Assembly (NCBI RefSeq): GCF_030013595.1
Contig: NZ_CP122768.1
Reading direction: 5' to 3' (one strand)
DNA: 64,000 nt
Origin: Escherichia coli
GTDB lineage: Bacteria; Pseudomonadota; Gammaproteobacteria; Enterobacterales; Enterobacteriaceae
The notes under the pieces were generated by a model. That model saw nothing but the letters and a program-made list of their open reading frames with translations, was not told where the DNA came from and searched no databases. Below are positions 32,070 through 46,939 of this stretch, in pieces. Each line of letters opens with the position of its first letter. Positions within the stretch are counted from its first letter, which is position 1. Made by a program: the position numbers and the translations under genes.

Positions 32070-32171
32070 TCACACTTTTTTGTCGTTAGCCAGCAAGAGC
32101 CGTTTACTGTTAATCTGTCAGGGAGCCACCTCCCTAACAGTAGCAGAGATCTGCTTTTATATATTTATGCA

Positions 32172-32585
32172 TTAACTGCCACGATAGGTTGAATACCCAT
32201 ATTGGCTAAGTAATAAAGGCACATGATAATGCTCGTTCACTTTATTGATATGAAATTCAACGGGGATCTCAGGGAAGAAACTTTCAAGATTTTGTTTCTT
32301 GAAATAGTCCCCGGTTTTAAATACGACACGGTAATCGCCCGTAGTTGCAGTTTGCTCGGGCCACAGTGCCTTAATTCGTCCATCCTTATCTGTTTTGGCG
32401 GTATTAAGTTGTAACCAGCCGTTATCCGCTTTCTTTTCAAGAGTGACTGTCACGTCGGCAGCGGGTTTTCCTGTTTGCTGGTTCAAAATGTGCACGCTAA
32501 GAATGTTTTGTTGTGCAGCATAGACCAAAGAAGGTAATGAAAATGCAGCCGTTACTACGGAGAGTACTAAATAACGCTTTAACAT
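32172..32585 (-). CDS. hiuH: 5-hydroxyisourate hydrolase (transthyretin-like periplasmic protein)
   Basis: 137 aa with signal peptide; C-terminal YRGS motif. Confidence 0.88.
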   Translation of the reverse strand: MLKRYLVLSVVTAAFSLPSLVYAAQQNILSVHILNQQTGKPAADVTVTLEKKADNGWLQLNTAKTDKDGRIKALWPEQTATTGDYRVVFKTGDYFKKQNLESFFPEIPVEFHINKVNEHYHVPLLLSQYGYSTYRGS

Positions 32586-32717
32586 GTTTATATCCTTGTC
32601 ATGTGAATGAGTTTTGAGGATAGCGAAAAAGCGTCCAGGGTAACCTTACAGAAGCATTACAATTTTGTAATGAACCAGGCTGTTTCTATAACATATGATT
32701 TATGGCATATTATTTTC

Positions 32718-33389
32718 ATGAAGATTTTACTTATTGAAGATAATCAAAGGACCCAGGAATGGGTAACGCAGGGGCTTTCCGAAGCGGGTTATGTCATTGA
32801 TGCCGTTTCTGATGGCAGAGATGGGCTTTATCTTGCGCTGAAGGATGATTATGCATTGATCATTCTGGATATTATGCTTCCGGGTATGGATGGCTGGCAG
32901 ATCTTACAAACGTTAAGAACAGCAAAGCAAACCCCTGTTATTTGCCTTACTGCAAGGGATTCTGTCGATGACAGAGTCAGAGGGCTGGAGAGTGGAGCAA
33001 ATGATTATCTGGTAAAACCTTTTTCATTTTCTGAGTTGCTGGCAAGGGTTCGGGCACAATTAAGGCAACATCACGCTTTGAATTCAACATTAGAAATCAG
33101 TGGCTTAAGAATGGACTCTGTTAGTCAAAGTGTGAGCAGGGACAATATCAGTATTACACTGACGCGCAAGGAGTTTCAGCTACTTTGGCTACTGGCCTCC
33201 AGAGCTGGCGAAATTATACCCAGAACGGTTATTGCGAGTGAAATTTGGGGAATCAACTTTGATAGTGATACCAATACGGTGGATGTCGCCATTCGCAGGC
33301 TCCGCGCAAAAGTTGATGATCCTTTTCCTGAAAAGCTAATCGCCACAATCCGGGGGATGGGCTATTCATTCGTAGCGGTAAAAAAATAA
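32718..33389 (+). CDS. hprR: OmpR-family response regulator of the HprSR two-component system
   Basis: 223 aa from MKILLIEDNQ; receiver plus winged-helix domain. Confidence 0.88.
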   Translation: MKILLIEDNQRTQEWVTQGLSEAGYVIDAVSDGRDGLYLALKDDYALIILDIMLPGMDGWQILQTLRTAKQTPVICLTARDSVDDRVRGLESGANDYLVKPFSFSELLARVRAQLRQHHALNSTLEISGLRMDSVSQSVSRDNISITLTRKEFQLLWLLASRAGEIIPRTVIASEIWGINFDSDTNTVDVAIRRLRAKVDDPFPEKLIATIRGMGYSFVAVKK

Positions 33390-34747
33390 TGAAAAGATTA
33401 TCTATAACCGTCCGTTTAACCTTGCTTTTTATATTGCTGCTGTCTGTTGCTGGCGCTGGAATTGTATGGACTCTCTATAATGGCCTGGCAAGTGAGTTGA
33501 AATGGCGCGATGATACAACACTCATTAACCGGACAGCGCAGATCAAGCAGTTGTTAATTGATGGGGTAAATCCAGATACGTTACCTGTGTACTTTAACCG
33601 GATGATGGATGTTAGTCAGGATATCTTGATCATTCATGGTGATGGCATCAATAAAATTGTTAACCGGACAAATGTCAGTGATGGCATGTTAAATAACATA
33701 CCTGCTAGTGAGACAATCAGCGCAGCTGGCATTTACAGAAGCATTATTAATGACACAGAGATAGATGCTTTACGAATTAATATTGATGAAGTTTCGCCAT
33801 CATTAACGGTTACTGTGGCTAAATTGGCTTCAGCCAGACATAACATGCTTGAACAGTATAAAATCAATAGCATTATAATTTGCATTGTCGCCATTATACT
33901 GTGCTCAGTATTAAGTCCGTTGTTAATCAGAACGGGGTTACGAGAGATCAAAAAGTTGAGTGGTGTAACGGAAGCGCTGAATTATAACGATAGCCGAGAG
34001 CCTGTTGAAGTTAGCGCATTACCGAGAGAACTAAAACCTCTTGGGCAGGCGTTGAATAAAATGCACCAAGCCTTAGTCAAAGATTTTGAACGCCTTAGTC
34101 AATTTGCTGACGATCTCGCTCATGAACTTAGAACGCCAATTAATGCATTACTGGGTCAGAATCAGGTTACGCTCAGTCAAACCAGAAGTATCGCTGAATA
34201 TCAAAAAACAATTGCCGGAAACATTGAAGAGCTGGAAAATATTTCGCGGTTAACAGAGAACATACTGTTTCTTGCCAGGGCAGATAAAAACAATGTTTTG
34301 GTGAAACTGGATTCGCTTTCTCTCAATAAGGAAGTCGAAAATTTGTTGGACTATCTTGAATACCTTTCAGACGAGAAAGAGATTTGCTTTAAGGTCGAGT
34401 GCAATCAGCAAATTTTTGCGGATAAAATTTTACTGCAACGAATGTTATCGAATCTTATTGTTAACGCTATTCGATATTCACCAGAAAAATCGCGCATTCT
34501 TATAACCAGTTTTCTTGATACCAACGGTTCTCTTAATATTGATATCGCCAGTCCTGGAACGAAAATTCATGAGCCTGAAAAACTCTTCCGTAGATTTTGG
34601 CGGGGAGATAATTCGCGTCATTCCGTAGGTCAGGGACTTGGTCTTTCTTTAGTCAAAGCGATTGCCGAATTGCATGGGGGAAGTGCTACGTATCACTATC
34701 TCAATAAGCATAATGTGTTCCGGATTACGTTACCGCAAAGAAATTAA
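33389..34747 (+). CDS. hprS: Sensor histidine kinase HprS
   Basis: 452 aa, two TM segments, H-box LAHELRTP and ATPase domain; start overlaps the hprR stop. Confidence 0.9.
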   Translation: MKRLSITVRLTLLFILLLSVAGAGIVWTLYNGLASELKWRDDTTLINRTAQIKQLLIDGVNPDTLPVYFNRMMDVSQDILIIHGDGINKIVNRTNVSDGMLNNIPASETISAAGIYRSIINDTEIDALRINIDEVSPSLTVTVAKLASARHNMLEQYKINSIIICIVAIILCSVLSPLLIRTGLREIKKLSGVTEALNYNDSREPVEVSALPRELKPLGQALNKMHQALVKDFERLSQFADDLAHELRTPINALLGQNQVTLSQTRSIAEYQKTIAGNIEELENISRLTENILFLARADKNNVLVKLDSLSLNKEVENLLDYLEYLSDEKEICFKVECNQQIFADKILLQRMLSNLIVNAIRYSPEKSRILITSFLDTNGSLNIDIASPGTKIHEPEKLFRRFWRGDNSRHSVGQGLGLSLVKAIAELHGGSATYHYLNKHNVFRITLPQRN

Positions 34748-34853
34748 CATAGGGCTTCAGTACGCCATAAATTAACCGTGAAAAACGCAGCCACGTCGTG
34801 AGTACTAACGCGGCTGCGATTGATTATGCGCTTACATTCAAACGTAACAGGGA

Positions 34854-35705
34854 TTAACCCGCGTAAGCTGCCAGCATTTCCTGCGCCGCCAGTTTACCCA
34901 ACGCATTCGCTGCGAAAGGACTGTCGCCGGTGAGAACTTTACGGTCCTTATGTACTCGCCCGGTGATGTCGTCATTAATGATGTTCATGCCCATTTTCTT
35001 CAGCTCTTCGCCAAAGTACCAGGTGAGATGACCCGGCATATAGCCTATCTCTGGTGTTTGTTTGTCTGCGGCGTCTGGGAATGCGCAAATGGAATAACCA
35101 TTCAGTGGGTTATCGCCGTGGCGAAGTGCCAGAAAAGCCGCCGGGCCGTGGCAAAGGGAGATAACAAAACGGTCATTTTTGATTGCCCACTGTAAAGCGG
35201 CAGCTACGTCCTGGCTTTCAGGTAAACCAATAAGTGCGCCATGACCACCAGGAACAAAGATTGCTGCATATTCGCTGTCAGCGTTGAGGCTGGCGACAAC
35301 ATCCGCGAGTTTCTTCGGATTGCGGAACAAAGATTTATGCTGCTCAAAGAATGGCATTACTTTTTCATCTTTGTGCGGCATAGCCCAGTATTCAAACTTG
35401 GTCATCAGACCGGAAATGGTCGCCACTTCGAATTCGAAACCTGCAGCGTGGAGATGATACAACGGCAGCAATGTTTCAATCGGATGGTTACCGGTCGAGA
35501 ACAGTTTTCCGTTATCGGTCGGCAAATAACGTTCGTCCGCGGCGATCACCAGAATTTTATGTTTACCGCGATACGGTTTTGGATAGTCCACGCCATCAAG
35601 ATCAGAGACAGGACTGGTATATTGGCTAAGCGAATATTCTGAAGGGAAGAATGCATTATCTTCAGCAATATCGACCTGCGGATTTTTACTTGTTTGAACA
35701 GTCAT
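34854..35705 (-). CDS. hchA: Hsp31 glyoxalase III / chaperone (DJ-1/PfpI family)
   Basis: 283 aa; conserved family sequence. Confidence 0.92.
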   Translation of the reverse strand: MTVQTSKNPQVDIAEDNAFFPSEYSLSQYTSPVSDLDGVDYPKPYRGKHKILVIAADERYLPTDNGKLFSTGNHPIETLLPLYHLHAAGFEFEVATISGLMTKFEYWAMPHKDEKVMPFFEQHKSLFRNPKKLADVVASLNADSEYAAIFVPGGHGALIGLPESQDVAAALQWAIKNDRFVISLCHGPAAFLALRHGDNPLNGYSICAFPDAADKQTPEIGYMPGHLTWYFGEELKKMGMNIINDDITGRVHKDRKVLTGDSPFAANALGKLAAQEMLAAYAG

Positions 35706-36213
35706 AGTGTATTCCTTATTGTTGCTTAGTTAGGGTAGTCACTATATTTGCGACTGAGCTGGTCGCTATTTTTAACCAGGCTGGAAAATTGAGTCAATAT
35801 ATCGAAAGCGGTAGTCGTGGGTGTAAGTATGTAATGATGATGCTGCACTGGTGTTGAATATTATTCACGCCAAATTTTCCTTATTGAGCTACGTCGTCGC
35901 AAGTGGCCTCAATGATTTTAGACCATTATCAGAGGTACGGGGCGGCGGGGAGAGATTTAGTGCTGTGGAATATCGTGGTGCTGATGAATATTTATATCCC
36001 GGATTGGCAGAGAAAAAGCTTTTTTCATGCACTATTTTTGCAAATATTTCTATATGGGGGGCGGTTTTGTTGCAGATTAATTCATAAAGAAATGCATTTG
36101 GGTGTTGGCTGGAAGAGACGCTGGTAGATTTTATTGAGCCAGGAGGGGCGGGGTAATGTGCTGTATCGATATGCTTTGGCAAATGCGTGTGCCGCAGATG
36201 GAGATGAAATGCC

Positions 36214-36254
36214 AATAAAAAAGCCTGAGTTCGATGAGGGACGAACTCAGGCTA
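36214..36254 (-). terminator. Intrinsic terminator downstream of yedS
   Basis: 12-bp stem agcctgagttcg/cgaactcaggct followed on the minus strand by TTTTTTATT. Confidence 0.7.
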
Positions 36255-36295
36255 TTGTTAAGTTTTACAGTAACACGCCGCGGCGCGTTGGCTGA

Positions 36296-37483
36296 TTAGA
36301 ACTGGTAGACTAAGCCCACAGCTACGATATCATCGGTAGCGATGCCGTTTTCTTTGTAGAAGTCGTCGTCGTTGTCCAGCAGGTTGATTTTGTAATCAAC
36401 GTAGGTGGACATGTTTTTGTTGAAGTAGTAGGTCATACCAATATCAACATATTTAACCAGATCTTTGTTGGTGTAATGATGATTGCCCTGGCTGTCGAAG
36501 TTATCACTATTTACACCGCCTAAATCCTTACCTTTAGATTGCAGGTAAGCGATGGACGGGCGCAGACCGAAGTCGAACTGATACTGAGCAACCACTTCAA
36601 AGTTTTGGGTTTTGTTAGCGATCGCATCAGCATCACCGTAACCAGTCATGTTACGGGTTTCAGCATACATAGCTGCTAAGTAAACGTTATTAGCGTCGTA
36701 TTTAGCACCAACGGTCCATGCTTCTGCTGTTTCACCGCCAGCAGTTGCATCGAAGCGATCTCCATAACGAGTGTTATGAGTACCTTTGTGAACCTGATTG
36801 TCGGTACGGTCAGAGTTAGAGTAAGCAGCGCCCAGACTTAAACCAAAGTCAAAGTCATAGGAAGTGGACATACCGAAGCCGTCGCCGTTCTCTTTAGCTA
36901 ACTTACGGCCATTACCGTTACCAGAACCTTCCTGACCGAATAATCCATCATCTTCATTATTACCCTGATATTGCAGAGCAAAGTTCAGGCCATCGACCTG
37001 GCCAAAGAAGCCATTGTTACGGTAGGTTGCAACACCATTAGCACGACCGTTCATGAAGTTGTCGGCACCAGCATAGGTATCGCCACCAAATTCTGGCAGC
37101 ATATCGGTCCATGCTTCGATGTCATATACGACACCGTAGTTACGACCATAGTCGAAAGTACCATTCTGACCAAAGCCTAAACCTGCAAATGCCAGACGCG
37201 TTGCGGTATTACCTTTGTCGCTTTCAGGACCGTTTGCGCCAATGTTAAATTCCCACTGACCATAACCAGTGAATTGGTCAGCGATCTGAGTTTCACCTTT
37301 GAAACCGATACGGGCATATGACATGTCGCCATCGCTGCCAGCATCATCAGAGAAGTAGTGCAGGCCCGCTACTTTTCCGTACAAATCCAGTTTATTACCA
37401 TCTTTATTATAGACTTCAGCCGCATTTGCTGCGCCAGCAACTAATAACGCCGGGACCAGCATTGCCAGAACTTTTCTTTTCAT
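36296..37483 (-). CDS. yedS: OmpC/OmpF-family general porin, apparently intact
   Basis: About 395 aa from [21 protein letters not shown] with porin motifs through to the C-terminal ...GLVYQF. Confidence 0.85.
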   Translation of the reverse strand: MKRKVLAMLVPALLVAGAANAAEVYNKDGNKLDLYGKVAGLHYFSDDAGSDGDMSYARIGFKGETQIADQFTGYGQWEFNIGANGPESDKGNTATRLAFAGLGFGQNGTFDYGRNYGVVYDIEAWTDMLPEFGGDTYAGADNFMNGRANGVATYRNNGFFGQVDGLNFALQYQGNNEDDGLFGQEGSGNGNGRKLAKENGDGFGMSTSYDFDFGLSLGAAYSNSDRTDNQVHKGTHNTRYGDRFDATAGGETAEAWTVGAKYDANNVYLAAMYAETRNMTGYGDADAIANKTQNFEVVAQYQFDFGLRPSIAYLQSKGKDLGGVNSDNFDSQGNHHYTNKDLVKYVDIGMTYYFNKNMSTYVDYKINLLDNDDDFYKENGIATDDIVAVGLVYQF

Positions 37484-37794
37484 TATGTATTCCCTTGTGA
37501 TTATAATCTTCATGAATATATCAATAAGTGCTGTTATCCAAAAAAAAGCACATTTGGATACTATTCTATGAAGTTCATTTTATTTTAAAGATTACATGTA
37601 ACAAATGTATTTAAAAGATTTCAAAATGTTTCCAATCTGTTTAATATAATTCAGAATTATGAATTCTGAATATAAATATTCACGAATATTATGAATGCAT
37701 ATCAATATGTTATGAGTTGAGCGGAAACATAGGGAGTATCAATGATTGTTGTGCTAAACGGCTGGTGTGATCTCGCGCACATTAATGAAGGCAT

Positions 37795-37819
37795 AAAAAA
37801 AGCCGGCATCATGCCGGCC
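37795..37819 (-). terminator. Orphan intrinsic terminator (minus strand) in the yedR-yedS intergenic region
   Basis: Perfect palindrome gccggcat c atgccggc followed on the minus strand by TTTTTTT; no minus-strand CDS ends just upstream. Confidence 0.6.
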
Positions 37820-38030
37820 CAAAAAATATAAACAAGACGATAAAAGGCTAATAACGGAAGCATCATGACACAGAATAATAAAAAGGGATAATTGTAATCA
37901 GTGCTAATATATTGATTGAATGAATTAATAAAGCCGATATCAAAGATAAATAAAATCGCTCAAAACGATTTTTCCTGTATTCACTGCCATTGCGCAAAAA
38001 TTATCTATTTGTTCAAAAAATGATTGAGTC

Positions 38031-38414
38031 TTGACTGGCTCATCCAATGTGGAAAAATGTGACTTTTATCACATAATAGTACTAAGTCTGAATTTTCCGG
38101 GTTATCTCAAAATGGAATACGGTTCGACAAAGATGGAAGAGAGACTCACTCGCAGCCCTGGTGGCAAATTGGCTTTGTGGGCTTTCTATACATGGTGTGG
38201 CTATTTTGTCTGGGCAATGGCGCGTTACATCTGGGTGATGAGCCGGATCCCCGATGCCCCCGTGTCGGGATTTGAAAGCGATTTAGGCTCTACCGCGGGA
38301 AAGTGGTTAGGGGCACTGGTTGGCTTTTTATTTATGGCTCTGGTCGGGGCATTGTTAGGCAGCATTGCCTGGTACACCCGACCTCGTCCCGCACGTAGCA
38401 GACGCTATGAATAA
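38031..38414 (+). CDS. yedR: Small inner-membrane protein
   Basis: About 120-127 aa with two hydrophobic segments; start uncertain. Confidence 0.75.
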   Translation: MTGSSNVEKCDFYHIIVLSLNFPGYLKMEYGSTKMEERLTRSPGGKLALWAFYTWCGYFVWAMARYIWVMSRIPDAPVSGFESDLGSTAGKWLGALVGFLFMALVGALLGSIAWYTRPRPARSRRYE

Positions 38415-38452
38415 AAACTGCTAAGGTTGCGACCCTTGGCAACGGAGCGCGT

Positions 38453-39148
38453 ATGGACGTACAACACTGGCAGGTACAGTTCGAAAACTGGTTGAAAAAC
38501 CATCATCAGCACCAGGACGCGGCCCATGACGTGTGTCATTTTCGCCGCGTCTGGGCTACGGCACAGAAGCTGGCGGCAGATGACGATGTCGATATGCTGG
38601 TGATTTTAACCGCCTGTTATTTTCACGATATTGTGAGCCTGGCGAAAGATCATCCGCAACGGCAGCGTTCTTCAATCCTGGCGGCAGAAGAGACGCGTCG
38701 CCTGCTCCGTGAAGAGTTCGTGCAATTTCCGGCGGAGAAAATTGAGGCCGTTTGTCATGCCATTGCCGCGCACAGTTTCAGCGCGCAAATCGCCCCCTTA
38801 ACAACGGAAGCTAAAATCGTCCAGGATGCGGATCGGCTGGAAGCCCTGGGGGCGATTGGCCTGGCGCGCGTGTTTGCCGTTTCAGGGGCATTGGGCGTGG
38901 CGCTGTTTGATGGCGAAGATCCGTTCGCACAGCATCGCCCGCTGGATGATAAACGCTACGCGCTGGATCATTTCCAGACTAAGTTGCTGAAGCTACCGCA
39001 AACCATGCAAACCGCAAGAGGCAAGCAGCTGGCGCAGCACAACGCGCAATTTTTAGTCGAGTTTATGGCGAAGCTCAGTGCCGAACTGGCGGGGGAGAAT
39101 GAAGGTGTCGATCACAAGGTGATAGATGCGTTTTCACCCGCGGGCTGA
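38453..39148 (+). CDS. yedJ: HD-domain phosphohydrolase
   Basis: 231 aa with HD motif (CYFHDI). Confidence 0.88.
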   Translation: MDVQHWQVQFENWLKNHHQHQDAAHDVCHFRRVWATAQKLAADDDVDMLVILTACYFHDIVSLAKDHPQRQRSSILAAEETRRLLREEFVQFPAEKIEAVCHAIAAHSFSAQIAPLTTEAKIVQDADRLEALGAIGLARVFAVSGALGVALFDGEDPFAQHRPLDDKRYALDHFQTKLLKLPQTMQTARGKQLAQHNAQFLVEFMAKLSAELAGENEGVDHKVIDAFSPAG

Positions 39149-39214
39149 GCGCGTGGCCCTAAATGGCTGTAATTATGTTAACCTGTCGGCCATCTCAGAT
39201 GGCCGGTTAAATCT

Positions 39215-40633
39215 ATGCAGGAAAATATATCAGTAACCGATTTATACAGCACCGGGAATGCCGCACAGGCAATGCTGGAGAAACTGCTGCAAATTTATGA
39301 TGTTAAAACGCTGGTGGCGCAGCTTAATGGTGTGGGTGAGAATCACTGGAGCGCGGCAATTTTAAAACGTGCGCTGGCGAATGACTCGGCATGGCATCGT
39401 TTAAGTGAGAAAGAGTTCGCCCATCTGCAAACGTTGTTACCCAAACCACCGGCACATCATCCGCATTATGCGTTTCGCTTTATCGATCTATTTGCCGGAA
39501 TTGGCGGCATCCGTCGCGGTTTTGAATCGATTGGCGGACAGTGCGTGTTTACCAGCGAATGGAACAAACATGCGGTACGCACTTATAAAGCCAATCATTA
39601 TTGCGACCCGGCGACGCATCATTTTAATGAAGATATCCGCGACATCACCCTCAGCCATAAAGACGGCGTGAGTGATGAGGCGGCGGCGGAACATATTCGT
39701 CAACACATTCCTGAACACGATGTATTACTGGCGGGTTTTCCTTGTCAGCCATTTTCGCTGGCTGGCGTATCGAAAAAGAACTCGCTCGGGCGGGCGCATG
39801 GTTTTGCCTGCGATACCCAGGGCACGCTGTTCTTTGATGTGGTGCGCATTATCGACGCGCGTCGTCCGGCGATGTTTGTGCTCGAAAACGTCAAAAACCT
39901 GAAAAGTCACGATAAAGGAAAAACGTTCCGCATCATCATGCAGACGCTGGAGGAACTGGGCTATGACGTGGCTGATGCAGAAGATAACGGGCCGGACGAT
40001 CCGAAAATCATCGATGGTAAACATTTCCTGCCGCAGCACCGTGAACGCATCGTGCTGGTGGGGTTTCGTCGCGATCTGAATCTGAAAGCCGATTTTACCC
40101 TGCGTGATATCAGCGAATGTTTCCCTGCGCAGCGAGTGACGCTGGCCCAGCTGCTGGACCCGATGGTCGAGGCGAAATATATCCTGACGCCGGTGTTGTG
40201 GAAGTACCTCTATCGTTATGCGAAAAAACATCAGGCACGCGGTAACGGCTTCGGTTATGGAATGGTTTATCCGAACAATCCGCAAAGCGTCACGCGTACG
40301 CTGTCTGCGCGTTATTACAAAGATGGCGCGGAAATTTTAATCGATCGCGGTTGGGATATGGCCACGGGTGAGAAAGACTTTGACGATCCGCTGAATCATC
40401 AACATCGTCCACGTCGGTTAACGCCTCGGGAATGCGCGCGCTTAATGGGTTTTGAAGCGCCGGGAGAAGCGAAATTCCGCATTCCGGTTTCGGACACTCA
40501 GGCCTATCGCCAGTTCGGTAACTCGGTGGTCGTACCGGTCTTTGCCGCGGTGGCAAAACTGCTTGAGCCAAAAATCAAACAGGCGGTGGCGTTGCGTCAG
40601 CAAGAGGCACAACATGGCCGACGTTCACGATAA
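39215..40633 (+). CDS. dcm: DNA cytosine-5 methyltransferase (CCWGG)
   Basis: 472 aa with motif I FAGIGG and PCQ catalytic motif. Confidence 0.93.
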   Translation: MQENISVTDLYSTGNAAQAMLEKLLQIYDVKTLVAQLNGVGENHWSAAILKRALANDSAWHRLSEKEFAHLQTLLPKPPAHHPHYAFRFIDLFAGIGGIRRGFESIGGQCVFTSEWNKHAVRTYKANHYCDPATHHFNEDIRDITLSHKDGVSDEAAAEHIRQHIPEHDVLLAGFPCQPFSLAGVSKKNSLGRAHGFACDTQGTLFFDVVRIIDARRPAMFVLENVKNLKSHDKGKTFRIIMQTLEELGYDVADAEDNGPDDPKIIDGKHFLPQHRERIVLVGFRRDLNLKADFTLRDISECFPAQRVTLAQLLDPMVEAKYILTPVLWKYLYRYAKKHQARGNGFGYGMVYPNNPQSVTRTLSARYYKDGAEILIDRGWDMATGEKDFDDPLNHQHRPRRLTPRECARLMGFEAPGEAKFRIPVSDTQAYRQFGNSVVVPVFAAVAKLLEPKIKQAVALRQQEAQHGRRSR

Positions 40634-41084
40634 GGCCACACGCAGCAAAAATATGCGCGCAATTGCCACGCGTGATACGGCGATTGAGAAGCGTCTCGCC
40701 AGTTTGTTAACCGGGCAGGGACTGGCGTTTCGCGTTCAGGACGCCAGTCTGCCCGGACGCCCGGATTTTGTCGTTGATGAATATCGCTGCGTGATATTTA
40801 CCCACGGCTGCTTCTGGCATCATCATCACTGCTATCTGTTTAAAGTGCCTGCGACTCGAACCGAGTTCTGGCTGGAGAAGATAGGTAAAAATGTTGAGCG
40901 GGATCGCCGTGATATCAGTCGCTTGCAGGAGCTTGACTGGCGTGTACTGATTGTCTGGGAGTGTGCGTTACGTGGGCGCGAGAAGCTGACGGATGAAGCG
41001 CTTACCGAGCGTCTGGAAGAGTGGATCTGCGGCGAAGGTGCCAGCGCGCAGATCGACACGCAGGGGATTCATTTACTCGCTTGA
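40614..41084 (+). CDS. vsr: Very-short-patch repair endonuclease
   Basis: 156 aa from [17 protein letters not shown]; overlaps the dcm 3' end in a different frame. Confidence 0.92.
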   Translation: MADVHDKATRSKNMRAIATRDTAIEKRLASLLTGQGLAFRVQDASLPGRPDFVVDEYRCVIFTHGCFWHHHHCYLFKVPATRTEFWLEKIGKNVERDRRDISRLQELDWRVLIVWECALRGREKLTDEALTERLEEWICGEGASAQIDTQGIHLLA

Positions 41085-41993
41085 TGCGTCCTGAATAACT
41101 GGCGCAACTACGGGTTTGGCCGGGAAGAGATATTTTCCCAACGTGACCAGTACCACTGCGAAGACAATTACGCCGAGCGCCAGCCATTCAATCTTCGACA
41201 GCGTCTCTCCGCCCAGTCCCGTACCCAGCAAGACCGCGACCACCGGGTTAACGTAGGCGTAGCTGGTGGCGAGAGCCGGACTGACGTTGCGGATTAAATA
41301 CATATAAGCGTTAATGGCGATAATCGAACCAAACAGCGCCAGATAGCCGACCGCAAGGAAGCCTGAAAGGGAAGGGAGCGCCGTCAGTTTTTCACCCGCA
41401 ATTATCGACGCGATCATTAACACCACGCCTGCCGCCAGCATCTCAATCGCACCCGCCATCATCCCTACAGGTAAGGTAATGCGCGAGCCATAAACCGAGC
41501 CAAACGCCCAGCTAATCGAGCCGATTAAAATCAGAATCGCGCCCCACGGATTGCCGCTTAAATTTCCACCGCTATTGAGCATGATGATTCCGGCAAGCCC
41601 AATGGCGATACCCACCCATTCCAGTTTGCGCGTTTTAATGCCAAACAGGCGGCTGAAGCACAGGGTAAAGAGGGGCACGGTTGCAACCACTACGGCGGCG
41701 ATGCCGGAAGGAACATTTTGATGTTCGGCAACCGTCACCATGCCATTACCGACAGCCAGCAATAACAGGCCAATCAGCGCGGCATTGAGCAACGGACGTA
41801 GCGGGGGGAGTTTGTGTCCGCGCAGTAGCAAAAATGCCAGCAATAAAATACCGGCTGCCAGGAATCGAACGCCCGCCATCATTAACGGAGGCCAGCTTTC
41901 CACGCCAATCCGAATGACAAAATAGGTTGAGCCCCAAATGATATACAACGCAAACAGCGCGCCAAAAAGCGGTAACAACTGGCGGAAACGCAT
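41073..41993 (-). CDS. yedA: EamA/DMT-family transporter
   Basis: 306 aa, ten predicted helices. Confidence 0.88.
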   Translation of the reverse strand: MRFRQLLPLFGALFALYIIWGSTYFVIRIGVESWPPLMMAGVRFLAAGILLLAFLLLRGHKLPPLRPLLNAALIGLLLLAVGNGMVTVAEHQNVPSGIAAVVVATVPLFTLCFSRLFGIKTRKLEWVGIAIGLAGIIMLNSGGNLSGNPWGAILILIGSISWAFGSVYGSRITLPVGMMAGAIEMLAAGVVLMIASIIAGEKLTALPSLSGFLAVGYLALFGSIIAINAYMYLIRNVSPALATSYAYVNPVVAVLLGTGLGGETLSKIEWLALGVIVFAVVLVTLGKYLFPAKPVVAPVIQDASSE

Positions 41994-42165
41994 AATCCCT
42001 CACGGTGGAAATAAAAAGGTGGGTCATAGTAAACGTGAAAATCATTCTGCTGGCGAGAGATATAATTGCACTTGATTGTTAAAAAAATGTTGACCTGTGA
42101 AGCAAGTATCAGAGCTGCCGTTTTTGCTTCATACTTACACCCTTCAACAATAAAAATGAGAGGGA

Positions 42166-43083
42166 ATGCTTTTGGCCGGGAGTAGTTTACTGACGTTGCT
42201 CGATGATATCGCCACACTGCTGGACGATATTTCCGTGATGGGCAAACTGGCGGCGAAGAAAACCGCCGGTGTATTAGGGGATGACTTATCGCTCAATGCG
42301 CAACAAGTTTCAGGCGTGCGGGCCAACCGGGAACTTCCCGTGGTCTGGGGCGTGGCGAAAGGATCGCTGATCAATAAAGTGATTCTGGTGCCGCTGGCGC
42401 TGATCATCAGTGCGTTTATCCCGTGGGCGATTACGCCACTGTTGATGATTGGCGGCGCGTTTCTCTGCTTTGAAGGGGTAGAGAAAGTGCTGCATATGCT
42501 GGAGGCGCGTAAACATAAAGAAGATCCGGCGCAGAGTCAGCAACGTCTGGAGAAGCTGGCGGCGCAGGATCCGCTGAAGTTTGAAAAGGACAAAATAAAA
42601 GGGGCGATTCGTACCGATTTTATATTGTCTGCGGAAATTGTCGCCATCACGCTGGGGATTGTGGCCGAAGCGCCGTTGCTTAATCAGGTGCTGGTGCTTT
42701 CAGGCATCGCGCTGGTAGTGACCGTGGGCGTCTACGGTCTGGTAGGGGTTATCGTTAAGATTGATGACCTGGGGTATTGGCTGGCGGAAAAATCCAGCGC
42801 ACTGATGCAGGCATTAGGTAAAGGGTTATTGATCATTGCGCCCTGGCTGATGAAAGCGTTATCGATTGTCGGCACGCTGGCGATGTTCCTCGTCGGCGGT
42901 GGGATTGTGGTACATGGAATTGCGCCGCTGCATCACGCCATTGAACATTTCGCCGGGCAGCAAAGTGCAGTGGTGGCGATGATATTACCGACTGTTTTAA
43001 ATCTGATTCTTGGTTTTATCATCGGCGGCATCGTGGTGCTGGGAGTGAAAGCAGTAGCGAAAATGCGTGGTCAGGCACATTAA
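42166..43083 (+). CDS. yedI: DUF808-family inner-membrane protein
   Basis: 305 aa; conserved position. Confidence 0.85.
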   Translation: MLLAGSSLLTLLDDIATLLDDISVMGKLAAKKTAGVLGDDLSLNAQQVSGVRANRELPVVWGVAKGSLINKVILVPLALIISAFIPWAITPLLMIGGAFLCFEGVEKVLHMLEARKHKEDPAQSQQRLEKLAAQDPLKFEKDKIKGAIRTDFILSAEIVAITLGIVAEAPLLNQVLVLSGIALVVTVGVYGLVGVIVKIDDLGYWLAEKSSALMQALGKGLLIIAPWLMKALSIVGTLAMFLVGGGIVVHGIAPLHHAIEHFAGQQSAVVAMILPTVLNLILGFIIGGIVVLGVKAVAKMRGQAH

Positions 43084-43161
43084 TACTCGCACTGGCTATT
43101 ATGCAAAATTCGCCATCTTCAACTAAGGTGAACAAGTTTCACTCGAAAAAAGGAGGCGAGT

Positions 43162-43404
43162 ATGAGCTTTATGGTTAGTGAGGAAGTTACGGTTAAAGAG
43201 GGCGGCCCGCGGATGATTGTCACTGGATACTCCAGCGGTATGGTTGAGTGTCGTTGGTATGACGGTTACGGGGTCAAGCGGGAAGCTTTTCATGAAACCG
43301 AGCTTGTTCCGGGGAGGGGAGTCGTCCTGCGGAAGAAGTTTGAAAGGGTATCATTAACACCAGGCCGGATCACATCCGGCCTGGTGTACCAATGCCTGCA
43401 ATGA
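43162..43404 (+). CDS. yodC: Small conserved protein (YodC family); true start may be internal
   Basis: 80-aa ORF MSFMVSEEVTVKEGGPRMIVTGY... Confidence 0.7.
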   Translation: MSFMVSEEVTVKEGGPRMIVTGYSSGMVECRWYDGYGVKREAFHETELVPGRGVVLRKKFERVSLTPGRITSGLVYQCLQ

Positions 43405-43513
43405 ATGATAGTCGCGTCTTATCATGCCACCATTATAAAATTATCGCTGTTTTGCGGTACGTTATCGCCGGGTTATGCCAGAATCATAAAAAAGCAGGTT
43501 GGGTGTCGTCAGG

Positions 43514-46038
<2,525 letters not shown>

Positions 46039-46217
46039 TTACCAGGATGATTCTCAAAACAGCACAAATTATCAAAGATGATTTTTTCGGGAGCGATCCC
46101 GTTGACGCCAGAGCCACCAAGGGGTGACGCGCGTCACATTTCTATTCATAAGTAGCGTTAATCATTCATATCACGAATATTTTCTTGTCAGCGAAAAAAA
46201 TTGCGGATAAGGTGATG

Positions 46218-46305
46218 AACACATCAGATTTCCTGGTGTAACGAATTTTTTAAGTGCTTCTTGCTTAAGCAAGTTTCATCCCGACCCCCTCAGGGTCGGG
46301 ATTTT
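46218..46305 (+). ncRNA. dsrA: DsrA small regulatory RNA
   Basis: AACACATCAGATTTCCTGGTGTAACGAATTTTTTAAGTGCTTCTTGCTTAAGCAAGTTTCATCCCGACCCCCTCAGGGTCGGGATTT matches DsrA, including the terminal stem-loop and T-run. Confidence 0.92.
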
Positions 46306-46317
46306 TTTATTGTGCAT

Positions 46318-46545
46318 TCAACGATTCACTTCAGAGACGCTGAAGTCATGAATATCCAGTTCGAAGGCATCCGCCAATTCACGCCATGTATGATATTCAC
46401 GTCCATCGACGCTAACGTGTTCAGAATCGTTCTGGCTGCGATGAACTTCGCTTTCGCTAATTTCATTGATCGCCGCCAGCAGGGCATCGACATCGACGCT
46501 GACCTCACGTTTTGCGGTATCGCTGTACTCTTTTGCGGTTTTCAT
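46318..46545 (-). CDS. yodD: Stress-induced small protein
   Basis: 75 aa from MKTAKEYSDTAKREV. Confidence 0.85.
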   Translation of the reverse strand: MKTAKEYSDTAKREVSVDVDALLAAINEISESEVHRSQNDSEHVSVDGREYHTWRELADAFELDIHDFSVSEVNR

Positions 46546-46617
46546 CATCTTTCCTCGCAACCGTTACTCTGTTGTTGCCGCCAGTCGTTAAGTCCGCCTG
46601 GCATCTCTTAAGTATAG

Positions 46618-46896
<279 letters not shown>

Positions 46897-46939
46897 TTTA
46901 ATTCAGCCTGACTGGTGGGAAACCACCAGTCAGAATGTG

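Noticed and set aside
35851-36215. Overlapping 74-108 codon ORFs in the hchA–yedS intergenic region
   Set aside because: No coherent protein features, mutually overlapping on both strands, and the region holds the yedS terminator and hchA promoter; treated as noncoding.
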